Below are positions 33,334-42,233 of a stretch of DNA of 64,000 nucleotides, piece by piece. A program made the position numbers and the translations under genes. Numbering within the stretch: the stretch's first letter is position 1; each line of letters opens with the position of its first letter. The notes below the pieces were generated by a model, which made no database searches, was not told the DNA's origin, and was given only the letters and a program-made list of their open reading frames with translations. The stretch comes from an uncultured Rickettsiales bacterium (GTDB taxonomy: Bacteria; Myxococcota_A; UBA796; UBA9615; CAYRNR01): contig CAZITQ010000003.1 of assembly GCA_964542165.1 (NCBI GenBank), positions 12,451 to 76,450 on the forward strand, in the 5' to 3' direction.

Positions 33334-34440
33334 TCACCGCGTTGACGGCGACGGTTCATCCGCCTCCATGCCTCTCAAACCCCGGATTCGATGGACGAAG
33401 CTGAGGATCTCGGCCACCGGTCCGAACAACTCCTGCGGTATCGGGTCACCCACGTCACATTGTTTGTACAAGGTTCGTGCCAACGGTCGATTCTGCAGCT
33501 GGGGGATGCCGTGCTTGCGCGCTTCGGCGCGGATCCGCATCGCCAGGTGATCGGCCCCCATGGCCACGATCTCCGGGACCTCGGTGACCCCGTGGACGTA
33601 GCGCAGCGCCACGGCGATGTGCTCGGGGTTGTTGACCACCACGTCCGCGTCCCCGACCGCGGAGATCATCCGGTTGCTCGACAGCTCCTGGGCGACCTTG
33701 CGGCGCTTGGCCTTGACGTGGGGATCCCCCTCCTGCTCCTTCACGTCCCGCTTGAGCTCCTCCCGGGTCATCCGCATCTTCTTGGTGATCCGGTAGATCT
33801 GGATCCCGTAGTCGAGCACCGCGGGCGCCAGCAGGGCCACCGCCGTGGCCCCGGCCAGCCGCAGCGCCACCTCGCCCATCACCCCCACGGACCGGTGCAG
33901 ATCCGCCCGATGCAGGGACAGCAGCGAGCCGATGTCGGCCCTCAACACCAGGTAGGCCCCCGCCATCACTGCCGCCAGCTTGAGCAGGGACTTGAGCAGC
34001 TCGATCCAGGCCTGGGAGCCGACCAGCCGCTTGACCCCCTCCAGGGGATTGAGCTTGCTCAGGTCGGGCTTCATCGCCTTGAAGGTCACGTTCCCCTGGG
34101 TCTGGGCCAGCCCCACCACCAGAGCCACCAGGCAGATCGCCACCAGCACCGGCGCCAGAAACGAGATACAGCCCCCCAGCAGCGCCGGGATCCACAGCCG
34201 CCAGGTCTCGATGGAGTCGGCGGGAGCGGCGGCCAGCATCAGCGGCGCACGCATTGCCTCGCAGACCGCCTCGACGGCCTCCGGAGCCCCCACCACGACC
34301 AGGGGGATGATCACGAGCATCGAGAGGACGGAGATGAGGTCGCGGGAGACCGGGATGCGTCCCTGCTCCCGGAACTCCTTCCGACGTTGGTCGGTGGGTT
34401 CCTCTGTACGTTCTTGTGAGTCGGCCTGTTCTTCCGCCAT
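33334..34440 (-). CDS. flhB: Flagellar export switch protein FlhB
   Basis: ERTEEPT..R..EFREQG....SRDL. NPEH autocleavage-site region (VVVNNPEHIAVALRY). Confidence 0.95.
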   Translation of the reverse strand: MAEEQADSQERTEEPTDQRRKEFREQGRIPVSRDLISVLSMLVIIPLVVVGAPEAVEAVCEAMRAPLMLAAAPADSIETWRLWIPALLGGCISFLAPVLVAICLVALVVGLAQTQGNVTFKAMKPDLSKLNPLEGVKRLVGSQAWIELLKSLLKLAAVMAGAYLVLRADIGSLLSLHRADLHRSVGVMGEVALRLAGATAVALLAPAVLDYGIQIYRITKKMRMTREELKRDVKEQEGDPHVKAKRRKVAQELSSNRMISAVGDADVVVNNPEHIAVALRYVHGVTEVPEIVAMGADHLAMRIRAEARKHGIPQLQNRPLARTLYKQCDVGDPIPQELFGPVAEILSFVHRIRGLRGMEADEPSPSTR

Positions 34441-34446
34441 CTCGGC

Positions 34447-35211
34447 CTACCCGCGGATCGGCAACATGGCGGCGCGGAAGAGCATCTTGAGCAGCTCGTC
34501 GATCCCCCCGATGGGAGACCGGAGCACGAAGGACGCCACCGTCAGTCCGAGCACCAGGTTCAACAACATGCCGAAGGCGAAGTAGATGTTCAGCTGGGGA
34601 GTGGCCCGGACCGACAGGGCGATGGCGACGGTCGACAGCATGGTCACCGCCACCACCGGGACCGCCATCTCACAGCCGGCCAGCAGCATCCCGGCCAGCA
34701 GCTTCGACGCCATCAGGCCCAGGTCCGGATCCAGCCACTGCCCGCCGGCGGGGAGCTCCTGGAACGACATGAGCAGCCCGCGAACCATCAGGTTGTGGCC
34801 GCCGGCCACCACCACCGCCAGCCCCACCAGCGCCGTGATCAGCCTCCCCATCTCGCTGCTCGAGCTCCCCAGCTGGGGATCGAAGAGCTGGGACACCCCG
34901 GTCCCGATCTGGAAACCCATGACCGTTCCCGCCACGTGGACCGCGGTGTAGACCAGCAGCGCCATGAACCCCATGCTGATGCCCAGCATGAATTCGCCGG
35001 CGCCCAGGGTCAGCAGACCCAACATCGAGGGGGGCACCACCGCCTCGGAAGCCGCCGAGGGGGCGGCGACGAAGGCCAGCAGGCAGGCGAAGGCCATGCG
35101 GATCTTGACCGGGATCTGCTTGGCGATGATGGGCGCCGACGTGAAGAAGCCGAGACAGCGCGTCGCCACCGCGAGCCAGGTGGCCACCAGCTCCGGCTCG
35201 AGGGTCGGCAT
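34447..35211 (-). CDS. fliR: Flagellar export apparatus protein FliR
   Basis: Polytopic membrane protein. ATG 35211 shares one nt with the fliQ stop. The ORF track extends it to 35406. Confidence 0.9.
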   Translation of the reverse strand: MPTLEPELVATWLAVATRCLGFFTSAPIIAKQIPVKIRMAFACLLAFVAAPSAASEAVVPPSMLGLLTLGAGEFMLGISMGFMALLVYTAVHVAGTVMGFQIGTGVSQLFDPQLGSSSSEMGRLITALVGLAVVVAGGHNLMVRGLLMSFQELPAGGQWLDPDLGLMASKLLAGMLLAGCEMAVPVVAVTMLSTVAIALSVRATPQLNIYFAFGMLLNLVLGLTVASFVLRSPIGGIDELLKMLFRAAMLPIRG

Positions 35212-35483
35212 CACAGGGTGGGGCCCGCCGCGATCAGCGCGAAGATGCCCTCGGTGAACTCGATCACCATACGCAGCATGAACGACCCGAAGACCACCAT
35301 CCCGATCATCACCGCCGCGATCTTGGGCACGAAGACCAGGGTCATCTCGTGGACCTGCGTGGCGGCCTGGAAGATGGCAATCGTCAGCCCGACACACAGC
35401 GAGCACAGCAGCAGGGGCGCCGCGGTCAACAGCACCGTGGTTATCGCCTGCTGTCCGATCTCCAGGGCGTGCTGGGGGTCCAT
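35211..35483 (-). CDS. fliQ: Flagellar export apparatus protein FliQ
   Basis: 89 aa. ATG after GGGAGGAAGACC. Contains LLLCSLCVGLTIAIFQAATQVHEMTLVFVPKI. Confidence 0.9.
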   Translation of the reverse strand: MDPQHALEIGQQAITTVLLTAAPLLLCSLCVGLTIAIFQAATQVHEMTLVFVPKIAAVMIGMVVFGSFMLRMVIEFTEGIFALIAAGPTL

Positions 35484-35547
35484 GGTCTTCCTCCCGTCCT
35501 CGGGTTCGTCGCCGTCTTGGTCACTCGTCGCGCGCGCCACGCGCCCG

Positions 35548-36300
35548 TCAGCGGAAGCCCATCAACAACGACCCCACGAGCAGGTTCCAGCCATCCACGA
35601 GGACGAACAGCAGGATCTTGAAGGGCAGTGAGATCACCACCGGCGGCAGGACCATCATCCCCATGGCGAGCAGGATCGTGCTCACCAGCAGGTCGATGAT
35701 CAGGAAGGGGATGTACAGCAGAAAGCCGATCTCGAAGGCCGTCCTGAGCTCGGACAGCATGAACGCCGGGATCAACACGCCCATCTTGACGTCTGCCTTC
35801 GACGTCGGACGTGGTCCCGGGCTGTGGGCCACCATCAGCTCCAGATCGTTGAGCCGGGTCTGGCGGAACATGAAGTCCCGCAGGGGAACGGTGGCGATGG
35901 AGACGGCGGTCTCCGCGTCGATCTCACCCGCCTTGTAGGGCTCGTAGGCCTCGGTCTTCATGGTCTCGATGACCGGCGCCATGACGAAGAAGGTGAGGAA
36001 GAGCGACAGGCCGATCAGGACCTGGTTGGGCGGCGTGTTCTGGGTGCCCATGGCCTGGCGCAGGAAGGAAAAGACGATGATCAAGCGCGTGAAGCTCGTC
36101 AGCGTGATCAGCAGCGCCGGCGCCAGGGCCAGGACGGTGAGGATGCTCAGGGCGACCAGGGCGGTCTCGACCCAGCTCGATCCCTCGGGAACGTTGATCA
36201 GCCCGGCCCAGGCCGGGTCCGCCCCGGGCGCGGCCAGCGCAACGGACGGCAACGCGAGGATCGCGAGGCCGACCAGCAACCAGCGGGGGCTAGCCTTCAT
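35548..36300 (-). CDS. fliP: Flagellar export apparatus protein FliP
   Basis: Signal peptide, then LLITLTSFTRLIIVFSFLRQAMGTQNTPPNQVLIGLSLFLTFFVM. ATGA overlap with the upstream gene. Confidence 0.95.
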   Translation of the reverse strand: MKASPRWLLVGLAILALPSVALAAPGADPAWAGLINVPEGSSWVETALVALSILTVLALAPALLITLTSFTRLIIVFSFLRQAMGTQNTPPNQVLIGLSLFLTFFVMAPVIETMKTEAYEPYKAGEIDAETAVSIATVPLRDFMFRQTRLNDLELMVAHSPGPRPTSKADVKMGVLIPAFMLSELRTAFEIGFLLYIPFLIIDLLVSTILLAMGMMVLPPVVISLPFKILLFVLVDGWNLLVGSLLMGFR

Positions 36301-37619
36301 CGGGCTCCCCGGAGCTCGCGCACCTGGGCCAGCACCTGCTCGGCCAGGGTCTCGTGGTCGGGGTCGGAGGCTTCGTCGACGGCCGCGCCCGCCTGGAACA
36401 CACCCACGGTGCGTGGGGTGACCGAGGGACCGGCGGCGACCGGGGCCCGTCGCTCCACCGGCGTGGCCGGAGTCCGCACGTCGTCCTCCGCGGCAGTTCG
36501 CTTGTTCAGGGCCATCGCCGCCGCACGCCGCAGGGCGTCGGGGAAGCGCAGCTCCTTGACCGTGGGCGTGTCGCCGTCGTCCACCGTGATGGGGTCGTCG
36601 TCCCCGGCGTCGTCCGCCGAGGACTCGTTGTCGAACCACGAGTCGTAGGTCCCCACGTCGATCTGGACGTCCGCGACCCCGCTGGCCAGCGCGACCTCCT
36701 CGGAGGCCTCGTCCTCCCGCGCCGGCTCCGGTAGCGCCGCCATGACATCGGTCTCCGCCTCGTCGTCCTCGGTCATGCCCGCCCCGTCGGGGATCACAGC
36801 GACCTCGGGCTCGTCCGGCAGCTCGGCCACACCGGGCGCTCCCTGCGACAGCGTGGCCAGCCGCGCCATGCCCCCCGGCCAGCTGCCCACCACCAGGCGA
36901 AAGTCGTCCCCCTGGATCAGGTGGATCGCCTGCCCGTGGGACAGGCTGTGGGTGGCGACCACGTCCAGGTCGGGCGCCACGCGTGCAGCCCGGCTCGGGA
37001 GACGGGCGCGCTTGAGCCAGTGGGCCAGCTTGCCCTTCTTCATGCCGTAGACCGCGCCGCCCAGCATCACGGCCAGACACAGGTTGATGGCGATCCAGCG
37101 GCCCCAGGGAAAGCTCTGCTCGCCGGACTCGGCCTGGTCGAAGAGCAGGAGGGGCTCGGCGTCCGCGGTCCCCGGCGACGTCGACGCGCCCAGCAACGCC
37201 AGCGCCTCGTCCACGGCCTCGGGCCCCGGTGCGGCCGCCGCGGGCGCCTCGCTCGTCTCCGCCGACGCATCCTCGGCCTCGGCCGGCTCCTCGCTGGCGG
37301 CCTTCTCGGCTTCGGCCTTCTCCTTGGACGCCTCGCTGCGCCGGGATCGACGGGAGCGCTTGGATCGCTTGCCGTCCTCCTCTTCCCCGCGCGATTCCTT
37401 CTTCGCCTCGGCCTCGGCCTCGGCCTGGGTCGCCGCGGCCTCCTCGCCGGCGATGGGGCGATCGAACTCGGGATCGTCCAGGGCCTCGGGCACGTCGTCG
37501 GCGGCCGTGGACGCGAAGTAGGCCTCCCACGCCGCGTCGTCCTCGGCGTGGGCGCCCGGGCAGACCAGAAGCGCCGCGAGCAGGGAGCAGGGGAGCAGTA
37601 CGCGCGTTCGCATGGTCAC
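36297..37619 (-). CDS. fliO: Expanded FliO-like protein (440 aa)
   Basis: In the fliN-fliO-fliP position. Central TM helix WIAINLCLAVMLGGAVYGM followed by an L.VVATHSLSHGQAIHLIQGDDFRLVVGS core. Long acidic, low-complexity N- and C-terminal extensions. Confidence 0.55.
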   Translation of the reverse strand: MTMRTRVLLPCSLLAALLVCPGAHAEDDAAWEAYFASTAADDVPEALDDPEFDRPIAGEEAAATQAEAEAEAKKESRGEEEDGKRSKRSRRSRRSEASKEKAEAEKAASEEPAEAEDASAETSEAPAAAAPGPEAVDEALALLGASTSPGTADAEPLLLFDQAESGEQSFPWGRWIAINLCLAVMLGGAVYGMKKGKLAHWLKRARLPSRAARVAPDLDVVATHSLSHGQAIHLIQGDDFRLVVGSWPGGMARLATLSQGAPGVAELPDEPEVAVIPDGAGMTEDDEAETDVMAALPEPAREDEASEEVALASGVADVQIDVGTYDSWFDNESSADDAGDDDPITVDDGDTPTVKELRFPDALRRAAAMALNKRTAAEDDVRTPATPVERRAPVAAGPSVTPRTVGVFQAGAAVDEASDPDHETLAEQVLAQVRELRGAR

Positions 37620-37620
37620 C

Positions 37621-37926
37621 TCACGTCAACGACTGCAGCCGGTCCGCCGCAGCCACGATGTCCAGGATCCGGATGGCCAGCTTGTCGTCGTCGACCAGGA
37701 CCTCACCGCGGGCGATGACCCGGCCGCTGACCACCAGCTCCACCGGATCGTCCACGTTGCGGTCCAGCTCGAGGATCGCGTTGGGCTCGAGTCGCAGGAG
37801 GTCGCGGATACGCATGCGCCGCTGGCCCAGCCTCACGGTCATCTCGACCGGGATGTCGAGGATGCGCTGCCAGCCGTCGCCGGCCGGTTCGACCTTCGGG
37901 GGCGCTTCAGCCGTCTTGTCATCCAT
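37621..37926 (-). CDS. fliN: Flagellar motor switch protein FliN
   Basis: ATG after GGAAGGAGAGGACG. ILDIPVEMTVRLGQRRMRIRDLLRLEPNAILELDR..DDPVELVVSGRVIARGEVL. Confidence 0.9.
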   Translation of the reverse strand: MDDKTAEAPPKVEPAGDGWQRILDIPVEMTVRLGQRRMRIRDLLRLEPNAILELDRNVDDPVELVVSGRVIARGEVLVDDDKLAIRILDIVAAADRLQSLT

Positions 37927-38854
37927 CGTCCTCTCCTTCCGCGGGCGGCGCGATCGCCACCGCCCAGCGCCCTTCGATGCTCCCGGGGATCCCGATCGCG
38001 TAGGGGGTGTCCCCGGCCTGCACCACCGCCCTCGGCGGCGCCGGCAGGGCCAGCTCGTCACCGGCCTCGAGGGCCAGGATCTGGTTGAGGGTGAAGGTGC
38101 CCGCCTTCACGGCGACCTCCACGTCGACCTCCAGCGAGCCCAGGGCCTCGCGCATCTCGGGATTGCCCCGTCGCTGCTGGCCCGGGCCCTTGTTCTCCAC
38201 CCGGAGATCGCGCGCGATCCACCCGGGCATCCGGAACTCGATGCCGCCCAGGGGTTGGTCCACCAGCCCGATGCGGAATCGCGCGGCCATGGACGGAGGG
38301 GGCGCCGAGCCGCCGGGGAGCGCCGAAGGGTCTGCCGCCAGGGCCTGAACCTCGAAGACTCGCTCGGTCTCCCGCGGCCACGCCCGGGACAGGGCGCGCG
38401 CCAGCCCCTCGGCCGCGCGGCGCATCATCCGCAGGTCGATCTCGGTCAGCGTCCGGTTCGAGTCGGCCGCTCCGCTGGCGCTGACCGCCCCGCCGAGCAT
38501 CCCCGACACCAACGCGTCCACCAGCGCCCGATCCCACACGGAGAGCAGGGGGTCCTGGCCGCCGGAGCAGCCCAGCAGCGCCAGTCCGGCGGGTGGCGAG
38601 CCCAGCTGCCCGGCCCGGGGGACCAGCCCCGCGGAGGAGCAGCGCAGCGTGTCGGCCACGTGGATGACCATCCAGTTCTCGAGCCGCCGCGCCGCGTCCT
38701 CGAGCCACCGCTCCACGTCCCCCTGGACCGCGCCCAGGTCCACCTGTCGCGGCGGGTACAGCTGAGCCGGCCCCTCTTCCAGGTCCAGGGCGCCGTCGGC
38801 GACGAGCTCCAGCAGGCGGTCGACCTGCTCGCGGTTGAGAGAAGGCTCGGGCAT
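37919..38854 (-). CDS. fliM: Flagellar motor switch protein FliM
   Basis: N-terminal LNREQVDRLL (a relative of the LSQxEIDALL motif). C-terminal SpoA-like region. Position between fliL and fliN. Confidence 0.8.
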   Translation of the reverse strand: MPEPSLNREQVDRLLELVADGALDLEEGPAQLYPPRQVDLGAVQGDVERWLEDAARRLENWMVIHVADTLRCSSAGLVPRAGQLGSPPAGLALLGCSGGQDPLLSVWDRALVDALVSGMLGGAVSASGAADSNRTLTEIDLRMMRRAAEGLARALSRAWPRETERVFEVQALAADPSALPGGSAPPPSMAARFRIGLVDQPLGGIEFRMPGWIARDLRVENKGPGQQRRGNPEMREALGSLEVDVEVAVKAGTFTLNQILALEAGDELALPAPPRAVVQAGDTPYAIGIPGSIEGRWAVAIAPPAEGEDDG

Positions 38855-38857
38855 CGG

Positions 38858-39358
38858 CTACTGCACCACGAACTCTGTGAAGTAGATGCGGGTGATCTCA
38901 CCTTCGGTCAGCGACTGGTTCATGCGGCGCAGGAGTTCCTCCCGCAGCTGGGTCTTGCCCCGCACGCCCAGCAGCTCGCCGTAGGTGCGGTTGGACAGGA
39001 TCGCGTTGACCATGTCCCGCAGCTGGGGCTTGCGCAGCTCGATCTCCTCGACGACCTCCTGCGAGCTGAGTTCGACCTCCATCTTGACCTTGACGTAGCG
39101 GATGTTGGCCGCGTCCATCAGGTTGACGATGAAGGGTTCGAACGAATAGGTGCCCACAGGCTCCGGGGGCAACTCCACGTCCGCCCCGTCGGCCCCCGCC
39201 ACCGCCGCGGCCGGCTCGGCCTTGGACTGGTTGACGAACATGTAGCCCACGAAGCCGCCTACCCCCAGCGTCAGCAGCAGATTGCCGATGACCAGGATCG
39301 CCAGGAGCTTGGACGGGCCGCCGCTTGCGGCTTCCTCGTCATAGGATTCGGACTCCAT
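38858..39358 (-). CDS. fliL: Flagellar basal-body-associated protein FliL
   Basis: Single TM helix, then F.PFIVNL......RYVKV.MEVEL and ....P.LRD.V..IL......EL. Ends IYFTEFVVQ. Confidence 0.85.
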   Translation of the reverse strand: MESESYDEEAASGGPSKLLAILVIGNLLLTLGVGGFVGYMFVNQSKAEPAAAVAGADGADVELPPEPVGTYSFEPFIVNLMDAANIRYVKVKMEVELSSQEVVEEIELRKPQLRDMVNAILSNRTYGELLGVRGKTQLREELLRRMNQSLTEGEITRIYFTEFVVQ

Positions 39359-39370
39359 CGCCGTTCCTCT

Positions 39371-40132
39371 CTATCGGGTCCCCGTGGACCACGACATGCT
39401 CTCGACCGCGTCGACCGCGTGCTCGCTGGACGTGGTCATCACGATCTCGACTCGACGGTTGCGCCGCCGGTTGGCGGCCGAGTTGTTGGGGACCAGGGGG
39501 CGGGTCTCGCCGTAGCTGATCGCCCGCAACCGACCCGCTTCGATGTTCTTGGCCTTGCGCACGTACTCCAGGACCGAGATCGCCCGGCCCGCGCCCACCT
39601 CCCAGTTGAGTCGCGGATTGGACGAGCCCCGGTCGTCCGTGTGCCCGTGGAACTCCACCAGGCACTTGTTGTCCGCGATGACCAGGGAGAGGTCGTGGAG
39701 GAAGGGGAACGCGCCCGGAAGGATCTCGTCCGAGCCCTCGCCGAACAGCAGCCCCTCGTCCAGCACGATCCGCACGCTGTCCTTGGCGTGACCGATCTGG
39801 ATGTGGTGGTCGCTGGAGTACTTGGCGAGCTCTTCGTCCACCGCGCGGTTGATGTTGGTGGGGGTGGCCTTCACGTCCGCGTGCAGGTCCCGCAACGCCA
39901 CCAGCTCGGCACGGCCCTTGACCGTCTTGCCGCCGCCCTCCAGGACCCCCAACGCCCCCCGGAGGCTGCCCAGGGCGACCTTGATGCGCTCCTCCTGCAT
40001 GGTCGACATGGCCACGAGCATGATGAAGAAGGTCAGCAGCAGGGTCATGAGGTCCGCGAAGGTGACCATCCACCCCGGGGCGCCATCCGGCTTCTCCGGA
40101 GGTTCGGGCTTCTTGCGGAGCAGCTCGGCCAC
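39371..40132 (-). CDS. motB: Flagellar stator protein MotB
   Basis: GAPGWMVTFADLMTLLLTFFIMLVAMS (with the conserved Asp) and a C-terminal OmpA-like PG-binding domain. Confidence 0.9.
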   Translation of the reverse strand: MAELLRKKPEPPEKPDGAPGWMVTFADLMTLLLTFFIMLVAMSTMQEERIKVALGSLRGALGVLEGGGKTVKGRAELVALRDLHADVKATPTNINRAVDEELAKYSSDHHIQIGHAKDSVRIVLDEGLLFGEGSDEILPGAFPFLHDLSLVIADNKCLVEFHGHTDDRGSSNPRLNWEVGAGRAISVLEYVRKAKNIEAGRLRAISYGETRPLVPNNSAANRRRNRRVEIVMTTSSEHAVDAVESMSWSTGTR

Positions 40133-40135
40133 CGG

Positions 40136-40906
40136 CTAGGCCCCCTGCTCCTGCTCGGGACGGTCGTTGGGCCGCAGGACCGACGCCAGCTTCTCCCGCA
40201 TCACGTGGGGATCGTCGCCGGCCAGCAGCGCCAGGAAACCCTGGATCAACATCTCCTTGCGGAAGACCTCTTCCTTGGAGCGGACCTTGAGCTTTCCCGA
40301 GATGGGGATGAACACCACGTTGGCCACCAGGGCGCCGTAGAACGTGGTCACGAGGGCGACCGCCATGGAGGGGCCGATGGTGGCCGGATCGTCCATGGTC
40401 TGCAGCATCTGGATCAGACCGATGATGGTCCCCAGCATGCCGAATGCAGGCGCGTACATACCGAGCTTCTCGAAGACCTCGGCGCCGAGCTGGTGCCGCT
40501 CGGTCGTGGCGTCGATCTCGGTGGTCAAGATGGACTGGATCACGTCCGCCTCACGGCCGTCGACCACCAGGGCCAGGCCCTTGCGGAAGAAGTCGTCTTC
40601 CAGCTCCTCCTCGGCCGACTGCAGGCTCAGCAGTCCCTCGCGGCGAGCCTTGCGGGCCAGCTGCTCGAACAGGACGATGATCTGGGAGTTGTCCGGGCTC
40701 TTGCCCAAGAAGGCCTTGCGCACCACGGCGAAGACCTTGAACACCACCCCGGCGGGGTAGGTGACCAGGACGGCCCCGACGGTGCCCCCCAGGACGATCA
40801 TCGCCGACGGCACGTTGACGAAGATCGCCCCGCCTTCCCGTGTGAAGATCGCGAGGACGACCAGTCCGAAGCACGCCGCGATTCCAACTAGCGTGGTGAA
40901 GTCCAC
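40136..40906 (-). CDS. motA: Flagellar stator protein MotA
   Basis: GTG 40906 after GGAGCGGAGTGGAAC. Four-TM MotA/TolQ/ExbB pattern including YAPAFGMLGTIIGLIQML. The ORF track extends it to 41101. Confidence 0.9.
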   Translation of the reverse strand: MDFTTLVGIAACFGLVVLAIFTREGGAIFVNVPSAMIVLGGTVGAVLVTYPAGVVFKVFAVVRKAFLGKSPDNSQIIVLFEQLARKARREGLLSLQSAEEELEDDFFRKGLALVVDGREADVIQSILTTEIDATTERHQLGAEVFEKLGMYAPAFGMLGTIIGLIQMLQTMDDPATIGPSMAVALVTTFYGALVANVVFIPISGKLKVRSKEEVFRKEMLIQGFLALLAGDDPHVMREKLASVLRPNDRPEQEQGA

Positions 40907-40944
40907 GTTCCACTCCGCTCCAGAGTTTGCTCGACCGTTATCCG

Positions 40945-40961
40945 AGCAACGAACGTGCCAG
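40945..40961 (-). promoter_or_regulatory. Sigma-54 promoter CTGGCAC-N5-TTGCT upstream of motA
   Basis: The minus strand reads CTGGCACGTTCGTTGCT, a near-perfect TGGCAC-N5-TTGCW, about 40 nt upstream of the motA start. Confidence 0.65.
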
Positions 40962-41182
40962 TTCCGAACGGGGGATCTCGGGACCGGAAGTGGGGGGGCG
41001 AACGCCCCGTAGGCGCGGGCCTCGCTCACCGGTTCGAGCGGGCCGGAATCGACGACAGTCGTGGGATCTCGGGGGGGGACCAGCGAGGTGGGCGTCCCCA
41101 CGGCGGCCCTTCGGGGGGCGAGCCCAACGCGACGACCGCAGGTGTCGAGAATTCCTCACTTCCCGTCAGCTGCTTGTCGACC

Positions 41183-41196
41183 GTCAATGCCTTGAC
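41183..41196. promoter_or_regulatory. GTCA-N6-TGAC palindrome (candidate enhancer/UAS for the motA sigma-54 promoter)
   Basis: gtcaatgccttgac, about 225 nt upstream of the -24 element in a 343-nt intergenic region. Confidence 0.45.
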
Positions 41197-41249
41197 GCGC
41201 GACGGCGACGCTGGACGGAGGCTGGGTCCTGACCGACGGCTCTCCCCGG

Positions 41250-42077
41250 CTAGGCCACCGCCGCCCGGGGGGACAGGGCCATCATCACGCCGGCGAAGGT
41301 CGCCGCCGGCGCGTCCACCGCCGAGGCGAGGCGGTGGTCGTTGACCCCGCCGGAGACCATCGACTCGGCCCGGGCGACCAGCGCCGGGATCCCCCGGCGC
41401 GGTGGACGGCCCGCGCTCGAACCCACCGACTCCCGCAACGCCTTGGGCAGGGCCCAGCAGCGGGCGAGCTCGCGCCCCAGGCGGGATGCCACGGGGTGGT
41501 CCAGGTAGGGTTCGACTCCGCTGACCTCCAGGGCCGCCGCCACCTCGGGCAGACGGACCAGCCGCGACAGGGAGTGCAATACCAGGGCCCGACCCACGTC
41601 GTGGATCAGCCCGGCCGCGTAGGCCTCCTCCGGCGGCAGACCGGCGGCCCGCGCCAGGCGCCGCGCCAGACCTGCGACACACACGCTGTGGGCCGCCAGC
41701 CGTTCCGCGGGCTCCTCGAAGGGAGCGGGCAGGGGCATCGACGACGCGACGGACGCCTGCAGGAGGGCGCTGCACGCACCCTGCCCCAGCCGCTCCACCG
41801 CGTCGGGCAGCTCGGTCACCGGTTGGCCGGTGGGCTGCATGATGTTGGCTGCGGCCAGCGCCTGGCCCGCGAGCACCGGATCGGCGGCGAGCATCGAGAG
41901 CTCGGTCGCGTCGCCGGCCAATCCGTCCCCGGGCACCAGCATCGCGCCGATGCTGGGTCCAAGGGGCGGGAGCAGTCGGGTGAACGACTGTCGGGCCACG
42001 CCTGCGAGCATCCGCAGGACGGGTTCGGAGAGGCTTCGCGTATCGCCGGCGGCCAGATCGACCAGGGTGACGTCCAT
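41250..42077 (-). CDS. HDOD domain protein
   Basis: HD-related output domain pattern with GLIHDVGRALVLHSL. No catalytic HD..D or metal-ligand set recognised. Confidence 0.6.
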   Translation of the reverse strand: MDVTLVDLAAGDTRSLSEPVLRMLAGVARQSFTRLLPPLGPSIGAMLVPGDGLAGDATELSMLAADPVLAGQALAAANIMQPTGQPVTELPDAVERLGQGACSALLQASVASSMPLPAPFEEPAERLAAHSVCVAGLARRLARAAGLPPEEAYAAGLIHDVGRALVLHSLSRLVRLPEVAAALEVSGVEPYLDHPVASRLGRELARCWALPKALRESVGSSAGRPPRRGIPALVARAESMVSGGVNDHRLASAVDAPAATFAGVMMALSPRAAVA

Positions 42078-42233
42078 CAGTACCCCACTTCGACCCCAGT
42101 TGGAGTCAGAAGTGGTATCGGTCGAAGTCCACAGCTCTTGCGCCTTTTTTTCTGCGGCGGCGCGTTGCGGGCCCGTCCCGGGCGGGCGGCGCCCGCGCGC
42201 GGTGGGCCGCGCGCGAGCGCCCGGACGCCCTCG

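Noticed and set aside
37229-40891. 1220-aa + strand ORF across fliO..motA
   Set aside because: It spans six well-supported minus-strand genes (FliN, FliM, FliL, MotB, MotA) and is a shadow ORF.
42115-42145. Sigma-28-like -10 (GACCGATAC) upstream of the HDOD gene
   Set aside because: The -35 partner at N15 is CAAG rather than TAAA and the -10 ends in C, which is too weak to call.
42141-42160. GC stem plus T7 run (gcgcctttttttctgcggcgg) that resembles an intrinsic terminator on the + strand
   Set aside because: No + strand gene ends here. On the relevant minus strand it is an A-run, so it is not a terminator for flgE.
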